NCBI GenBank assembly: GCA_934229625.1 | Contig: CAKQDU010000003.1 | Location: forward strand, 64,426-128,425 | Direction: 5' to 3' | From: an uncultured Alphaproteobacteria bacterium | GTDB lineage: Bacteria > Pseudomonadota > Alphaproteobacteria > RF32 > CAG-239 | DNA: 64,000 nucleotides | Shown here: positions 54,700 through 64,000 of the stretch, piece by piece | Position numbering within the stretch: position 1 is the stretch's first letter | Layout: every line of letters starts with the position of its first letter | The notes under the pieces: model-generated | What the model was told of the DNA's origin: nothing | The model's input: only the letters and a program-made list of their open reading frames with translations | Database searches by the model: none | Program-made: the position numbers and the translations under genes

Positions 54700-57080
54700 A
54701 ATTTACTTTATCTTGGCTCAAAGAACATTTAGACACAACAGCTTCTTTGGAAGAAATCAGCGAAACATTAACCCGTATAGGTTTGGAAGTTGAAGAAGTT
54801 TATAATCCGGCCGCTAATTTAGACGGTTTTATCACCGCTCGTTTGGATAGCGTAGAAAATCATCCGGATTCTGACCATTTGCACGTTTTGTGCGTGAACG
54901 ACGGAACCAATAAATATCAAGTTGTTTGCGGCGCGCCGAATGTTTTTACCGGTTTAATCGGAATTTTCGCTCCGTCCGGAACACTGATTCCTTTGTTTAA
55001 CGAACGTTTGAAACCAACAAAAATCCGTGGTGTTGAAAGCTGCGGTATGATGTGCGCTTTTGATGAATTGGGGATTGGTTCGGACCATAATGCCATTATT
55101 GAATTGCCGGCAGACACGCAACTTGGCAAACCGGCGGCAGAAGTTTTGGCTATTGACCCGGTGATAGAAGTTTCTATTACTCCTAACCGCGCCGAATGTT
55201 TGGGCGTGCGCGGTATTGCTCGCGATTTGGCGGCGGCAGGATTGGGTAAATTAAAACCGCTGAATATTGTTAAAACTCCGGCTAAATTTGCTAATCCGCT
55301 AAAAGTTACGGTGGAATGTCCGGAGGAATGTCCGACTTACATCGCGCGCTATATTCGCAACGTAAATAATAAAGCCGAAACGCCGAAGTGGATGAAAGAC
55401 CGTTTGGAGGCAATAGGTTTGCATTCTATTTCTCCGCTTGTTGATATCACCAATTACATAAACTATGATTTAGCTCGTCCGTTGCATGTTTTTGACGCGG
55501 ATAAGCTAAGTGGTGATATTGTTGTCCGTATGGCAAAAGACGGCGAAAAATTTACCGCGCTGAATGAAAAAGAATATATCTTAAATGATAAGGCCTTAGG
55601 CATTTGTGATGCTGAAGGTGTGCAATGTCTGGGCGGTATTATGGGCGGTTTGGCTAAAGGCTGCTCAGCTGAAACAAGCAATGTTTTGCTGGAATGTGCT
55701 TTGTTTAAGCCGGAATGTATTGCCTGCACCGGCCGTCATCTGCAAATAGATTCGGATTCTCGCTATCGTTATGAACGCTGGGTTGACCCTAAATCAAATA
55801 TCAGCGGTTCGGACTATGCTACGGCAATGATTTTAAGCATTTGCGGCGGCGAGGCGTCGGAATTGACCGTGGTTGGTTCGGAAGAATGCGAACCGCAAGT
55901 GGCTTATTTGCGTCCGGAACGCTTGGAAACTTTAATCGGTTTGCCTGTAAGCGCCGAAAAATCTATGGAAATTTTGAACAAACTCGGTTTTGAAACTTCT
56001 TTGGAAAACGGCAAAATTAAGGCGGTTTCACCAAGTTGGCGCGGCGATATTGAAGGCGAGCATGATTTGGTTGAAGAAGTTGTGCGTATGATTGGTCTTG
56101 ATGAAATTCCGGCTGTGTCTTTACCGCATGATAAATTCCCGAAAGAAACTTTGTCGCCGGCACAGCACAATGCCGTGATTGTAAAACATGAGCTGGCTTC
56201 ACGCGGTATGTATGAAACCGTAACTTGGAGTTTTGCCGACAGCGATTTGGCGCAATATTTCCGTAAAAAACATGAAGCAATCATCTTGGCTAATCCGATT
56301 GCCAAAGAGCTGAATGAAATGCGTCCGTCAATTTTGCCGAATTTGCTTACTGCCGTTAAAAATAATATTGCCCGCGGTTATGCCAATGTTTCTTTGTTTG
56401 AAGTTGGTCCGGAATTTTACGGCCGCAATCCGCAAGAGCAAAATATGGCGGCAAGCGGTGTTCGCTGTGGTCAAACGTCTAAAAAAGATTGGACGCACAG
56501 CAACCGCGATTATGATGTTTTTGACGCTAAAGCCGATGCTTTGGCTGTGATTGCCGCGGCTAAAGGGCCGTTTGAAAATCCGCAGATTACTTTGGATGCG
56601 CCGTTGTATTATCATCCGGGGCGCTCAGGAACTTTGCGTTTGGGTAAAAATGTGTTGGCCTACTTTGGCGAGATTCATCCGGCAGTATTAAAAGCCTTTG
56701 AGATTAAAACCCGTGTTGTTGCTTTTGAGGTGATTTTGGATAATATTCCGTTGCCGCGCAACACTCAAGGCAAGGCTCGTAAAAAACTGGAATTATCGCA
56801 ATTCCAGCCTGTGGATAAGGATTTGGCCTTTGTGGTAGACAAGTCGGTTAGCGCCGCTGCGATTATTGCCGCTGCCAAAAACGCCGACCGCAATCACATT
56901 ACCGATGTGCGCGTGTTTGACGTCTATGAGGGCGAAAATATGCCGGAAGGTAAAAAATCCGTGGCGATTGCTTTGACATTCCAGCCGGTGGAACAAACCT
57001 TTACCGATAAAGATATTGAAAATTTGATGAATAAAGTTATAGCGGAAGTCGGTAAAAAGACCGGCGGCGAATTGAGATAG
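54696..57080 (+). CDS. pheT: Phenylalanine--tRNA ligase beta subunit
   Basis: MKFTLSWLKEHLDT.... tRNA-binding (EMF) domain, B3/B4, B5 and FDX-ACB domains. 794 aa. ATGA overlap with pheS. Confidence 0.95.
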   Translation: MKFTLSWLKEHLDTTASLEEISETLTRIGLEVEEVYNPAANLDGFITARLDSVENHPDSDHLHVLCVNDGTNKYQVVCGAPNVFTGLIGIFAPSGTLIPLFNERLKPTKIRGVESCGMMCAFDELGIGSDHNAIIELPADTQLGKPAAEVLAIDPVIEVSITPNRAECLGVRGIARDLAAAGLGKLKPLNIVKTPAKFANPLKVTVECPEECPTYIARYIRNVNNKAETPKWMKDRLEAIGLHSISPLVDITNYINYDLARPLHVFDADKLSGDIVVRMAKDGEKFTALNEKEYILNDKALGICDAEGVQCLGGIMGGLAKGCSAETSNVLLECALFKPECIACTGRHLQIDSDSRYRYERWVDPKSNISGSDYATAMILSICGGEASELTVVGSEECEPQVAYLRPERLETLIGLPVSAEKSMEILNKLGFETSLENGKIKAVSPSWRGDIEGEHDLVEEVVRMIGLDEIPAVSLPHDKFPKETLSPAQHNAVIVKHELASRGMYETVTWSFADSDLAQYFRKKHEAIILANPIAKELNEMRPSILPNLLTAVKNNIARGYANVSLFEVGPEFYGRNPQEQNMAASGVRCGQTSKKDWTHSNRDYDVFDAKADALAVIAAAKGPFENPQITLDAPLYYHPGRSGTLRLGKNVLAYFGEIHPAVLKAFEIKTRVVAFEVILDNIPLPRNTQGKARKKLELSQFQPVDKDLAFVVDKSVSAAAIIAAAKNADRNHITDVRVFDVYEGENMPEGKKSVAIALTFQPVEQTFTDKDIENLMNKVIAEVGKKTGGELR

Positions 57081-57091
57081 GGAGAAAATAA

Positions 57092-58609
57092 ATGGCTTTG
57101 AAAAACAGTCGTAAACAAAATTATCCGGAATGGTATCAAAGTGTGGTTGCCGAAGCCGATATGGCAGAAAACTCAGTTTCTCCGGGGTGTATGGTTATAA
57201 AATCCTGGGGCTACGGAATTTGGGAACGTATCCAGCACGAAATGGATTATCGTTTTAAGGAAACAGGCCACGAAAACTACTATTTTCCGCTGTTTATTCC
57301 GCTTTCATTCTTTCAAAAAGAAGCCGACCACGTTGAGGGATTTGCCAAAGAAATGGCTGTGGTTACGCACTCTCGTTTGGTTAATGAAGACGGTAAGCTG
57401 AAACCGGCTTCTGAGTTGGACGAGCCTTTGATTGTGCGTCCGACCAGCGAAACCATTATCGCCGACTCATTTTCTAAATGGGTGAAATCTTATCGTGATT
57501 TGCCGATTTTGCTGAACCAATGGGCAAACGTTGTGCGTTGGGAAATGCGTCCGCGTTTGTTTTTGCGCACGCGTGAATTTTTGTGGCAAGAGGGACATAC
57601 CGTACACGCCACGGCTAAAGAAGCTGAAGCCGAGACAACTAAAATGTTGAATGTGTATAAAGAAGTTTCCGAAGATGTTTTGGCTATGCCGGTGATTGCT
57701 GGACGCAAGCCGGAACACGAAAAATTCCCTGGGGCGGTAGATACATATTGTATTGAAGCCATGATGCAGGACGGTAAAGCTCTGCAAGCCGGAACCTCTC
57801 ACTTCTTGGGGCAAAATTTTGCTAAATCGGCAGATATTAAATTTGTTAATCAAAACAATGAGCAAGAATACGCTTACACCACTTCTTGGGGCGTTTCCAC
57901 CCGCTTAATCGGCGGTGTGATTATGTCGCACGCTGATGACGAGGGAATGGTTGTTCCTCCAAGAATTGCACCGTATCAGATTATCTTTATTCCGTTGATT
58001 AAAAAGAATGATGATGCCGCAAAAATTATGGAGTATATTGAAAACATTCAAGCTCAGCTGAAAAATAAAACCGCGTTTGGCGAAAGACTGCGCACCAAAA
58101 TTGATTCTCGCGACAAATCCAGCGTGGATAAAGTTTGGGAGTGGGTTCGCAAAGGCGCGCCTATGGTTTGCGAAATCGGCGCCCGTGATATTGAAAACGG
58201 CGGTTTGATGGTTAAAGAGCGTATTTTCTTTGGTCAGCCGGAAGGCAAAAAAATTCTGAAAACAGAAGAATTTGCGGCTACTGTCAGCGAACGTTTGGAA
58301 TTTTTGCAACATGAGATGTTTAAGCGCGCAAAAGAGCGTTTGGAACAAAATATCCGCACAGATATTAAAACTCCGGAAGAATTTGCCGCTTATTTTGCCA
58401 GCGGCAATGAATGGATTGAAGATGGTAAACAAGGCAAAGTTGCGTTTGTGCGCGGTAAATGGTGCGCAGAACCGGCAACCGAAGAATTGCTCAAAGCTAT
58501 GAAAATCACCATTCGCTGCATTCCGTTTGACCAAAGCGGCACAACAGGCAAATGTCTGCTGACCGGTAAAGATGCGACTTTAGATGTGATTTATGCACGC
58601 AGTTATTAG
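57092..58609 (+). CDS. proS: Proline--tRNA ligase, archaeal/eukaryote-like type (no INS editing domain, C-terminal zinc-binding domain ending in Tyr)
   Basis: PEWYQSVVAEADMAE...GCMVIKSWGYGIWERIQ, ...RPTSETIIADSFSKWVKSYRDLP, ...FLRTREFLWQEGHT. C-terminal ...KWCAEPATEE...IRCIPFDQ...GKCLLTGKDATLDVIYARSY. Confidence 0.9.
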   Translation: MALKNSRKQNYPEWYQSVVAEADMAENSVSPGCMVIKSWGYGIWERIQHEMDYRFKETGHENYYFPLFIPLSFFQKEADHVEGFAKEMAVVTHSRLVNEDGKLKPASELDEPLIVRPTSETIIADSFSKWVKSYRDLPILLNQWANVVRWEMRPRLFLRTREFLWQEGHTVHATAKEAEAETTKMLNVYKEVSEDVLAMPVIAGRKPEHEKFPGAVDTYCIEAMMQDGKALQAGTSHFLGQNFAKSADIKFVNQNNEQEYAYTTSWGVSTRLIGGVIMSHADDEGMVVPPRIAPYQIIFIPLIKKNDDAAKIMEYIENIQAQLKNKTAFGERLRTKIDSRDKSSVDKVWEWVRKGAPMVCEIGARDIENGGLMVKERIFFGQPEGKKILKTEEFAATVSERLEFLQHEMFKRAKERLEQNIRTDIKTPEEFAAYFASGNEWIEDGKQGKVAFVRGKWCAEPATEELLKAMKITIRCIPFDQSGTTGKCLLTGKDATLDVIYARSY

Positions 58610-58627
58610 TTTTTGAAAGGTAATATA

Positions 58628-58963
58628 ATGTCAAAACAAACTTGTTTTATGATTTTTATTGCGGCTTTGGTGGTGATTATGGCGTCATTTATTTTTGGTT
58701 TTGGCGCTGTAACCGCTCCGGTTTCGGAAACATTCGGCGCAATGAAAGGGTTATATTTAGCTATATCCGCCTTAGTAATTTCTTTGCTGCTCTTGAAGCA
58801 AAAATATTATTGGCTGCTGATTTTGGGCTGCGCGGTTATTGCGGCTGTTTTAATCCAGCTTTTAATTGTCGGCGGTTCGGTTATGAGCATTGCCGTGCTT
58901 TATAAAATTGCCGCATTTGCGGTGTATGCTTATCTGGTGCAGCTTGTCCGCTTTATGCTGTGA
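58628..58963 (+). CDS. Small membrane protein (3-4 TM), 111 aa
   Basis: MSKQTCFMIFIAALVVIMASFIFGF...LLILGCAVIAAVLIQLLIVGG.... ATG at 58628 (the ORF-track start at 58613 is a TTG). Confidence 0.5.
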   Translation: MSKQTCFMIFIAALVVIMASFIFGFGAVTAPVSETFGAMKGLYLAISALVISLLLLKQKYYWLLILGCAVIAAVLIQLLIVGGSVMSIAVLYKIAAFAVYAYLVQLVRFML

Positions 58964-59066
58964 TTTTATTTGTCAAGCGGTACGCGTTTTTTATGCGTAC
59001 TGCCTGACAAAATGCAGAGTATCCATACTTATTTTATAAAACGTTTGGCAACATAATGAATAACTG

Positions 59067-59094
59067 TTGACAAAAAAATAAAGATGATTATACT
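59067..59094 (+). promoter_or_regulatory. Sigma70-like promoter TTGACA-16-TATACT for paralog A
   Basis: ttgaca aaaaaataaagatgat tatact. The same hexamers and spacing recur at 59867..59894. Confidence 0.55.
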
Positions 59095-59136
59095 TATCGG
59101 AAGATTTTAATTATTAACTTTTAAATATTTTTGTGT

Positions 59137-59817
59137 ATGAGGTTTTTAAAAAGAATGTATTTGCTGCACATGGCAAAGAAAGGTATTATTTCTGTCGGTG
59201 TGTTAGAAAATTTGTGTGAAATGTATGAGTATGAAACACATATCGGCAAATCATGGGGCGGAGAAATTGCTTGGAGTTTGAAGTGGAAAGAGAAAAACGG
59301 CAAAACAACCGACCGTGAACTTCGCGGAATTTTGAGCGTTTTCTTTCTGAATCATACTTTTGTAAGCAATAAGATTTGCGCTTATGTTTTGGCTAACCGC
59401 AAACGTGTTTTACCATTGTTTATGGCATGTCTCAAAAAGCGTCAATATTCGCTGACCAAAGCCGAAAGTGAGGTTATTGCCGGCTTGCCGCAAGAAGATT
59501 TTGAACTTTTGCGAAAGCCGTTGCATCCGTGGATTGAAAAAGAGCTTTTGTCCGGTGGTAATGTTGCAAAAATTAAATGGTATTGCCATAAGTTTGAACT
59601 TTCTTCAGATGCGGAAATGCATTTTGTGCTTTTAGCTTCGCAGTTGGGAGCTAGATTACCGATAAATAAAAATCTGGATTATCAGGGATTGTTGCTTGAC
59701 TATGTAAAAACTCAGACATCTGCATTTGATAACGAATATTCATATGATTTTTTGCGTAAGCAAAGCGGACTTTCTGATGTGGTAGATGTGGTTTTAAGCC
59801 GCCGTGCCGATAAATAA
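59137..59817 (+). CDS. Hypothetical protein, paralog A (226 aa from ATG 59137)
   Basis: Shares the block ...KIKWYCHKFELSSDAEMHFVLLASQ... with the next gene (KIEWYIKHFALSFETLLQLIKQ). The ORF-track start is a TTG. Confidence 0.5.
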   Translation: MRFLKRMYLLHMAKKGIISVGVLENLCEMYEYETHIGKSWGGEIAWSLKWKEKNGKTTDRELRGILSVFFLNHTFVSNKICAYVLANRKRVLPLFMACLKKRQYSLTKAESEVIAGLPQEDFELLRKPLHPWIEKELLSGGNVAKIKWYCHKFELSSDAEMHFVLLASQLGARLPINKNLDYQGLLLDYVKTQTSAFDNEYSYDFLRKQSGLSDVVDVVLSRRADK

Positions 59818-59830
59818 GAAAACAAATAAA

Positions 59831-59869
59831 AAAACAGCGCTTTTTAGAAAAGTGCTGTTTTTTTATTTG
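59831..59869 (+). terminator. Rho-independent terminator between the paralogs
   Basis: aaaaacagc-gctttttagaaaagt-gctgttttttt. Confidence 0.55.
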
Positions 59870-59894
59870 ACAAACTTTGAGATTTGTCTATACT
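59867..59894 (+). promoter_or_regulatory. Sigma70-like promoter TTGACA-16-TATACT for paralog B
   Basis: ttgaca aactttgagatttgtc tatact. Followed by the shared ttttaattattaact motif. Confidence 0.55.
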
Positions 59895-59931
59895 CAGATA
59901 AATTTTAATTATTAACTAAATTTATATTTTT

Positions 59932-61023
59932 ATGGTGAAATTAGATTATTTTAAATTACTTGCAAAAGCATGTTTGGGACAACTTGATGAAATATCGGTG
60001 GATGGTTTGTGTCAAGAATATTGCCGTGAAGGTATAGATAAGATTGGATATTTGCTTTCTCAGCAGTTTAAAAAAATGTCAAACGATGAAATAGCCAAGT
60101 TTTTGAAGGTTTATGGAATTAAGCTTTGGAAACTCTATTTTAAGACAACAGGCGCAAAGCCATATAGTCTTGAAATTGAAAAAATGCTTATTTACAGCGC
60201 TCCGCAAGAAACTTTTGAGCTGATTGAACATTGTTTCAGCGTGGATGGCGAAAAGCTTTTGATTGAAATGCAAAAGCTTAATGAAACGCCGGAAGACAGC
60301 TTTATTAAGCCTAAAATTGAGTGGTATATAAAGCATTTTGCGCTTTCGTTTGAAACTTTATTGCAGCTGATAAAGCAAACAGCCAAACAAAAAGATGAAA
60401 AGGACTATTGCCGGTTGTTAGAAATGGCGGTGCAGAAATTAGCCGAAAGTCCTAAGCCAAACGCTCTTGCCAGTATTGAAACTCAACTCAAATTGCTGGA
60501 ATTTACGCAAGATGATGCGATAATTATCAATTTACTGCACTATTTTGATATGGAAAATCTTCCGGATGCTAAAGTTGTGCAAAGATTGATAGATATAGGC
60601 TGTGAAACATATTTCAGAGAGTTGTTGGCGCACAGTAGTGTCCGCGAGCAAAAAAATGCTGTGTTTAAGGCGTTTCCAAAATTGAAAGCAGAGCTTCTGC
60701 TTTCTGAATTGGGGTATGCCGCTTATAAGCAAAATCGAGCAGAGCAGCAATACTTTAATAGCGATGCTTATCGCAAAAGTGTGGAAGGATACCGTGTTAA
60801 GCGGGTTGAAAAACAAAATCCTTTGTATAACAATGAATGTATTCATTTGCTGCAAATTTGTATGGAGTTGTATATCAATGAAATAAGTACGCAGGCCGCG
60901 CGTTGCGAATGGATTAAAAAAGCTATTGCATATTGCGCTCACAATCCGGCGATTGCCGATTTGGTTCAGTCAGTTCCATTGTTGGAAAAATTATTAGAGG
61001 AAGAACAGCGTAAGTTGGTCTGA
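59932..61023 (+). CDS. Hypothetical protein, paralog B (363 aa)
   Basis: ORF. Distant paralog of the 59137..59817 product. Confidence 0.5.
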   Translation: MVKLDYFKLLAKACLGQLDEISVDGLCQEYCREGIDKIGYLLSQQFKKMSNDEIAKFLKVYGIKLWKLYFKTTGAKPYSLEIEKMLIYSAPQETFELIEHCFSVDGEKLLIEMQKLNETPEDSFIKPKIEWYIKHFALSFETLLQLIKQTAKQKDEKDYCRLLEMAVQKLAESPKPNALASIETQLKLLEFTQDDAIIINLLHYFDMENLPDAKVVQRLIDIGCETYFRELLAHSSVREQKNAVFKAFPKLKAELLLSELGYAAYKQNRAEQQYFNSDAYRKSVEGYRVKRVEKQNPLYNNECIHLLQICMELYINEISTQAARCEWIKKAIAYCAHNPAIADLVQSVPLLEKLLEEEQRKLV

Positions 61024-61219
61024 AAAACGAGAAAAGAGTGTTCTTAAATGAATGCTCTTTTTTTGTTTTTTTATATTCTAATCAGTTGATTAGACAAACT
61101 CCAAGACTTTATCGGCTTTTTTCAATAGAGTACAAAGATTCTGTAAAATTAACAGATTATTAGGTAATATCCTGTATATATAAATATATTTATATAATAT
61201 CGGTGAGGATATGTAAATT

Positions 61220-63103
61220 ATGTTGCCGAAAATATCTGTTGTTATTCCGGTTTATAATGCCGGTCAGTATATATCACGCTGTTTGGACAGTATACTTGTT
61301 CAGAAATATGCCGGTGAGTTGGAGATAATATGTGTTGATGATGGTTCTACAGACAATTCATCGCAAATAATTAGAGAATATGCCAATCATAATTCTAATA
61401 TAAGAATTATATCTCAGTCTAACAAAGGTGCTGCTGCGGCTCGCAATGCCGGAATGGATGCGGCAAGAGGAAAATATATTTCATTTATTGATGCCGATGA
61501 CTATATTTTAGATGGCTTATATTCAGAATTTTCCAGAGTTATAAGTAATGGCGACATTGATATATATATGTTTAATGGTTTGGTGGAAAATGGTGTATAT
61601 AACACTCAGTCAACATTTTTTACGTCTAACATATTTAAGCTTGGCGTTACGGAAAATGATTGTTTCAATTACAGCAAAATTGCCGATTTTTTTTATGGCA
61701 ATCAGGGAATATGGAATAAAATTTATCGTGCCGATTTTTTGAAGCGGCATAACTTTCGGCTATTGGAAGGATGTATTTTTGAGGATACGCTTTTCAATTT
61801 TGTTACAATAATAAATGCTGAAAAAATTCGCTTTACTTATAAAAAATTTTATAAATATATGATAAATCCGCGTTCAGTTACAAATTCAATCGGCAAAAAT
61901 TCGTTGGATTTGTTCAAAATTTTTGAGGCAATGGAGTGTGAGGCAAAAAAAATAAATTTAGAATATTTTTTCAGTTATGCTCTGTTTCAGCTTGAATATG
62001 AAAAAATTATAGAAACATTGGGGCTAACTAAGCCTGAATTTCGCCAAGAGTTATTTAATAAAGCACAAGAATTTTTGAAAAATAGAATAACCAGACTTAA
62101 TCCGCAGATTTATCTCAAATTGATAAATATTAACTTCGGTTTGGCATTGCTTAATTATACTTATGAGCAGTTCTGCAATACGTTGCTGCTTTCTAAAGAT
62201 ACATTTCATTTTAGTCAAATAAAACCAAAAAATCCGATGTTTTCGATTATTGTTCCGGTTTATAATGTACAGCGTTTTTTGCCGTTGTGTATCAAGAGTT
62301 TGACTAATCAAAGCTATGATAATTTTGAAATCATCTGTATAAACGATGGTTCAACCGATAATAGTAAAGAATTATTGGAGCAATATGCTAAAGCTGATGC
62401 TCGAATTACTGTGATAAATCAAAAAAATAAAGGCTTGGGAGGAGCCAGAAATACAGGCGTGCGCGCGGCGAAGGGCGAATATTTGCTTTTTGTGGATAGT
62501 GACGATTGGTTGGCGTTAGATGCTTTGCAAAAGCTAAATGAAAGCGTAAATCAAAATAAGGCGGATGTGTATATGTTTGGACTTTTGGAGTTTATGGACC
62601 GGACTATGAAAATCCGACCAAGTGAATATATGGAACACTTTTCCGGTTTTTCAACATGTAACATAAATGATATCGCTGATAAAATGTATATTGCTCCCGG
62701 CGCATGGAACAAATTGTATAGACGAGAATATTTTATACAAAATGATTTGTTCTTTGAGGAAAAAGTTTATTTTGAAGATGTGCTGATTCATACTAAATCG
62801 TTGATTTGTGCTGAAAAAATAGCTTTTTGTTGCCATAATTTATACTATTATCGCATTCGTGCCGGCAGTATAATAAATTCTGGTTACAGCGATAAAAAAA
62901 TTGATGACTTGATTCATGCTTTTGTCAGCACAATAAATTGGCTCAAGCAAAAAGGTATATATGCTGAATATAGGCAAAAACTGTCTGATTTTGCCTATAT
63001 CAGTTTTAATATGCAGCTACGCATATTAGGAAAACAATTTGCTGAAATTGTTCAAAATAAAATCAAAAACAGTCTGGAATTATCAGAGCTGATGGAGAAG
63101 TAA
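61220..63103 (+). CDS. Tandem two-domain family-2 glycosyltransferase
   Basis: Two GT-A/GT2 N-terminal signatures: ISVVIPVYNAGQYISRCLDSILVQKY...ICVDDGSTDNS...IDADD, and FSIIVPVYNVQRFLPLCIKSLTNQSY...ICINDGSTDNS...VDSDD. Confidence 0.8.
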   Translation: MLPKISVVIPVYNAGQYISRCLDSILVQKYAGELEIICVDDGSTDNSSQIIREYANHNSNIRIISQSNKGAAAARNAGMDAARGKYISFIDADDYILDGLYSEFSRVISNGDIDIYMFNGLVENGVYNTQSTFFTSNIFKLGVTENDCFNYSKIADFFYGNQGIWNKIYRADFLKRHNFRLLEGCIFEDTLFNFVTIINAEKIRFTYKKFYKYMINPRSVTNSIGKNSLDLFKIFEAMECEAKKINLEYFFSYALFQLEYEKIIETLGLTKPEFRQELFNKAQEFLKNRITRLNPQIYLKLININFGLALLNYTYEQFCNTLLLSKDTFHFSQIKPKNPMFSIIVPVYNVQRFLPLCIKSLTNQSYDNFEIICINDGSTDNSKELLEQYAKADARITVINQKNKGLGGARNTGVRAAKGEYLLFVDSDDWLALDALQKLNESVNQNKADVYMFGLLEFMDRTMKIRPSEYMEHFSGFSTCNINDIADKMYIAPGAWNKLYRREYFIQNDLFFEEKVYFEDVLIHTKSLICAEKIAFCCHNLYYYRIRAGSIINSGYSDKKIDDLIHAFVSTINWLKQKGIYAEYRQKLSDFAYISFNMQLRILGKQFAEIVQNKIKNSLELSELMEK

Positions 63104-63231
63104 ATACATGAATAAGGTGAAAATAAATTTTGCTTGCAATTAAAAAGATGTATGTTATGCTGCTAGTTATATCATATATCAATTTGATTTATTTAAATTT
63201 ACATAATTATTTTATATAAGGGGATAGAATA

Positions 63232-64000
63232 TGAGATATACACGCACCGCACTTGGACTTTTGAATGCGCAATATCGTAGTGTTTTGAAAAAATGCTTTT
63301 TGATTAACATGGGGTTGTTTGCTTGCGGAGCGGCGGCGTCGGCAGCCGATGCCGCAGTGACTTTGTCGCCTACATTGGATGGGTTAAAGACTGAAGCGCA
63401 AAAAACCGGTGCGGTTTCGAGCGAAGTATATACCCTAACTAAGCTGAATGATGGCGGAATAGTGCCTGAAGGCAAAGCTACTGTTAGAATCGGTGGTAGT
63501 GTTTACTATTTTTCACCAAAAGCCGGCGAAAACGCAAAGTTGCTTTCTATTTTAGCCGGTACACCGGTGGCAAGCGTTGATAATGCGGCAAATCCGAATG
63601 AAATAAAGTTTGATGTGGCAAATATATCTACAAAATTCCCGAGTAGTGTGTTTAAATATGACGAAAAAGGTACAGAAAACGACCATAACTTTGTGGTTCA
63701 GGAAGCCAACCAAGACGGCAATATTACAAAAAAATATTACAAAATTTTTTTGAAGACGGATAATATGCACACCTCGCCAAACATCAGCTGGGAAAAGGTT
63801 GGTGCAGATAAAAAAGATGAATCCAGAGTAATTGCCGTAAAACTTCCAAACGGACAGACGGAATATTATAAATATAATAATCAACCTTCAGGCAAAAGGG
63901 TATATTCTACAAGACAAAACGATTTATCTGGTGATATAAATGCAGATTTTATAAATAGTTCAGTCGATAGTACATCTGCTATCGCTCAAGGCGGCGTGAT
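63232..64000 (+). CDS. Secreted repetitive surface protein, possibly an autotransporter/adhesin passenger domain. 5' partial, runs off the window.
   Basis: The open frame from ATG 63232 is not in the ORF track because it has no stop in the window. MRYTRTALGLLNAQYRSVLKKCFLINMGLFACGAAASAADA (long signal peptide). The T/S/N/G-rich beta-rich sequence ends ...ADFINSSVDSTSAIAQGGV. The opposite-strand ORFs here are antisense artefacts. Confidence 0.55.

Noticed and set aside
63212-63884. Minus-strand ORFs 63212..63475 and 63552..63884
   Set aside because: They are antisense to a long open plus-strand frame that has a signal peptide and runs off the window. This is a codon-bias artefact.
1-64000. 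IS elements / transposases, rRNA genes, prophage structural genes
   Set aside because: No DDE transposase, terminal inverted repeat pair, rRNA-like stretch or capsid/tail genes were recognised. The only mobile-DNA signals are the integrase island and the recombinases.

Overview
This window is an AT-rich segment from a diderm (Gram-negative-type) bacterium. Core genes run at roughly 40-48% GC and are interrupted by much more AT-rich accessory DNA. The organism uses Shine-Dalgarno sites, and the ORF track frequently starts ORFs at TTG/GTG, so several starts were moved to the nearest ATG with a ribosome-binding site.

Core content:
- fadL (an outer-membrane long-chain fatty acid channel) and cspA.
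- tRNA-Gln, tRNA-Asp and tRNA-Leu.
- An M23 peptidase and a Bat aerotolerance operon (DUF4381, BatA, a BatB-BatC fusion, BatD).
- A thermonuclease-like protein, tsaE and an HprK C-terminal-domain-only kinase.
- mlaE and mlaF (phospholipid ABC transporter), radA and cvpA.
- Two paralogous class-I glutamine amidotransferases and a VanX/DdpX D-Ala-D-Ala dipeptidase.
- A TPR-methyltransferase fusion, a transglutaminase-like protease, ybgC, ruvB, ruvA and mntP.
- rpmI, rplT, pheS, pheT, a eukaryote/archaeal-type proS, and a two-domain GT2 glycosyltransferase.

Accessory content:
1. An ~11.1-kb integrated element sits at tRNA-Gln (7602-18710). It is flanked by ~65-bp direct repeats. It carries a tyrosine integrase, a large membrane protein, an EcoRI-methylase-family MTase paired with a DUF262+HNH nuclease, two convergent serine recombinases, RhuM, an ankyrin protein and a HUH Rep-like protein.
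2. There are two further restriction-modification loci: a C-protein-controlled system and a DpnII-like GATC system. The DpnII-like operon has an extra 447-aa gene inserted in it.
3. A family of secreted proteins is wired to candidate phase-variation switches. It comprises a Cys-rich tandem-repeat protein and three prepilin-like paralogs.
4. The first candidate switch is a conserved (AG)7 dinucleotide tract. It places a ribosome-binding-site-equipped ATG one repeat unit out of frame with two of the pilin-like genes.
5. The second candidate switch is a 260-bp upstream cassette present in two copies. It contains perfect 21-bp inverted repeats flanking a 133/134-bp segment.
6. A large secreted MORN_2/ankyrin protein has an array of GTTTCACAAC-containing repeats in its upstream region.

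No CRISPR array, IS transposase or rRNA was seen. The lineage cannot be assigned with confidence: an alphaproteobacteria-like truncated HprK coexists with an archaeal-type ProRS.
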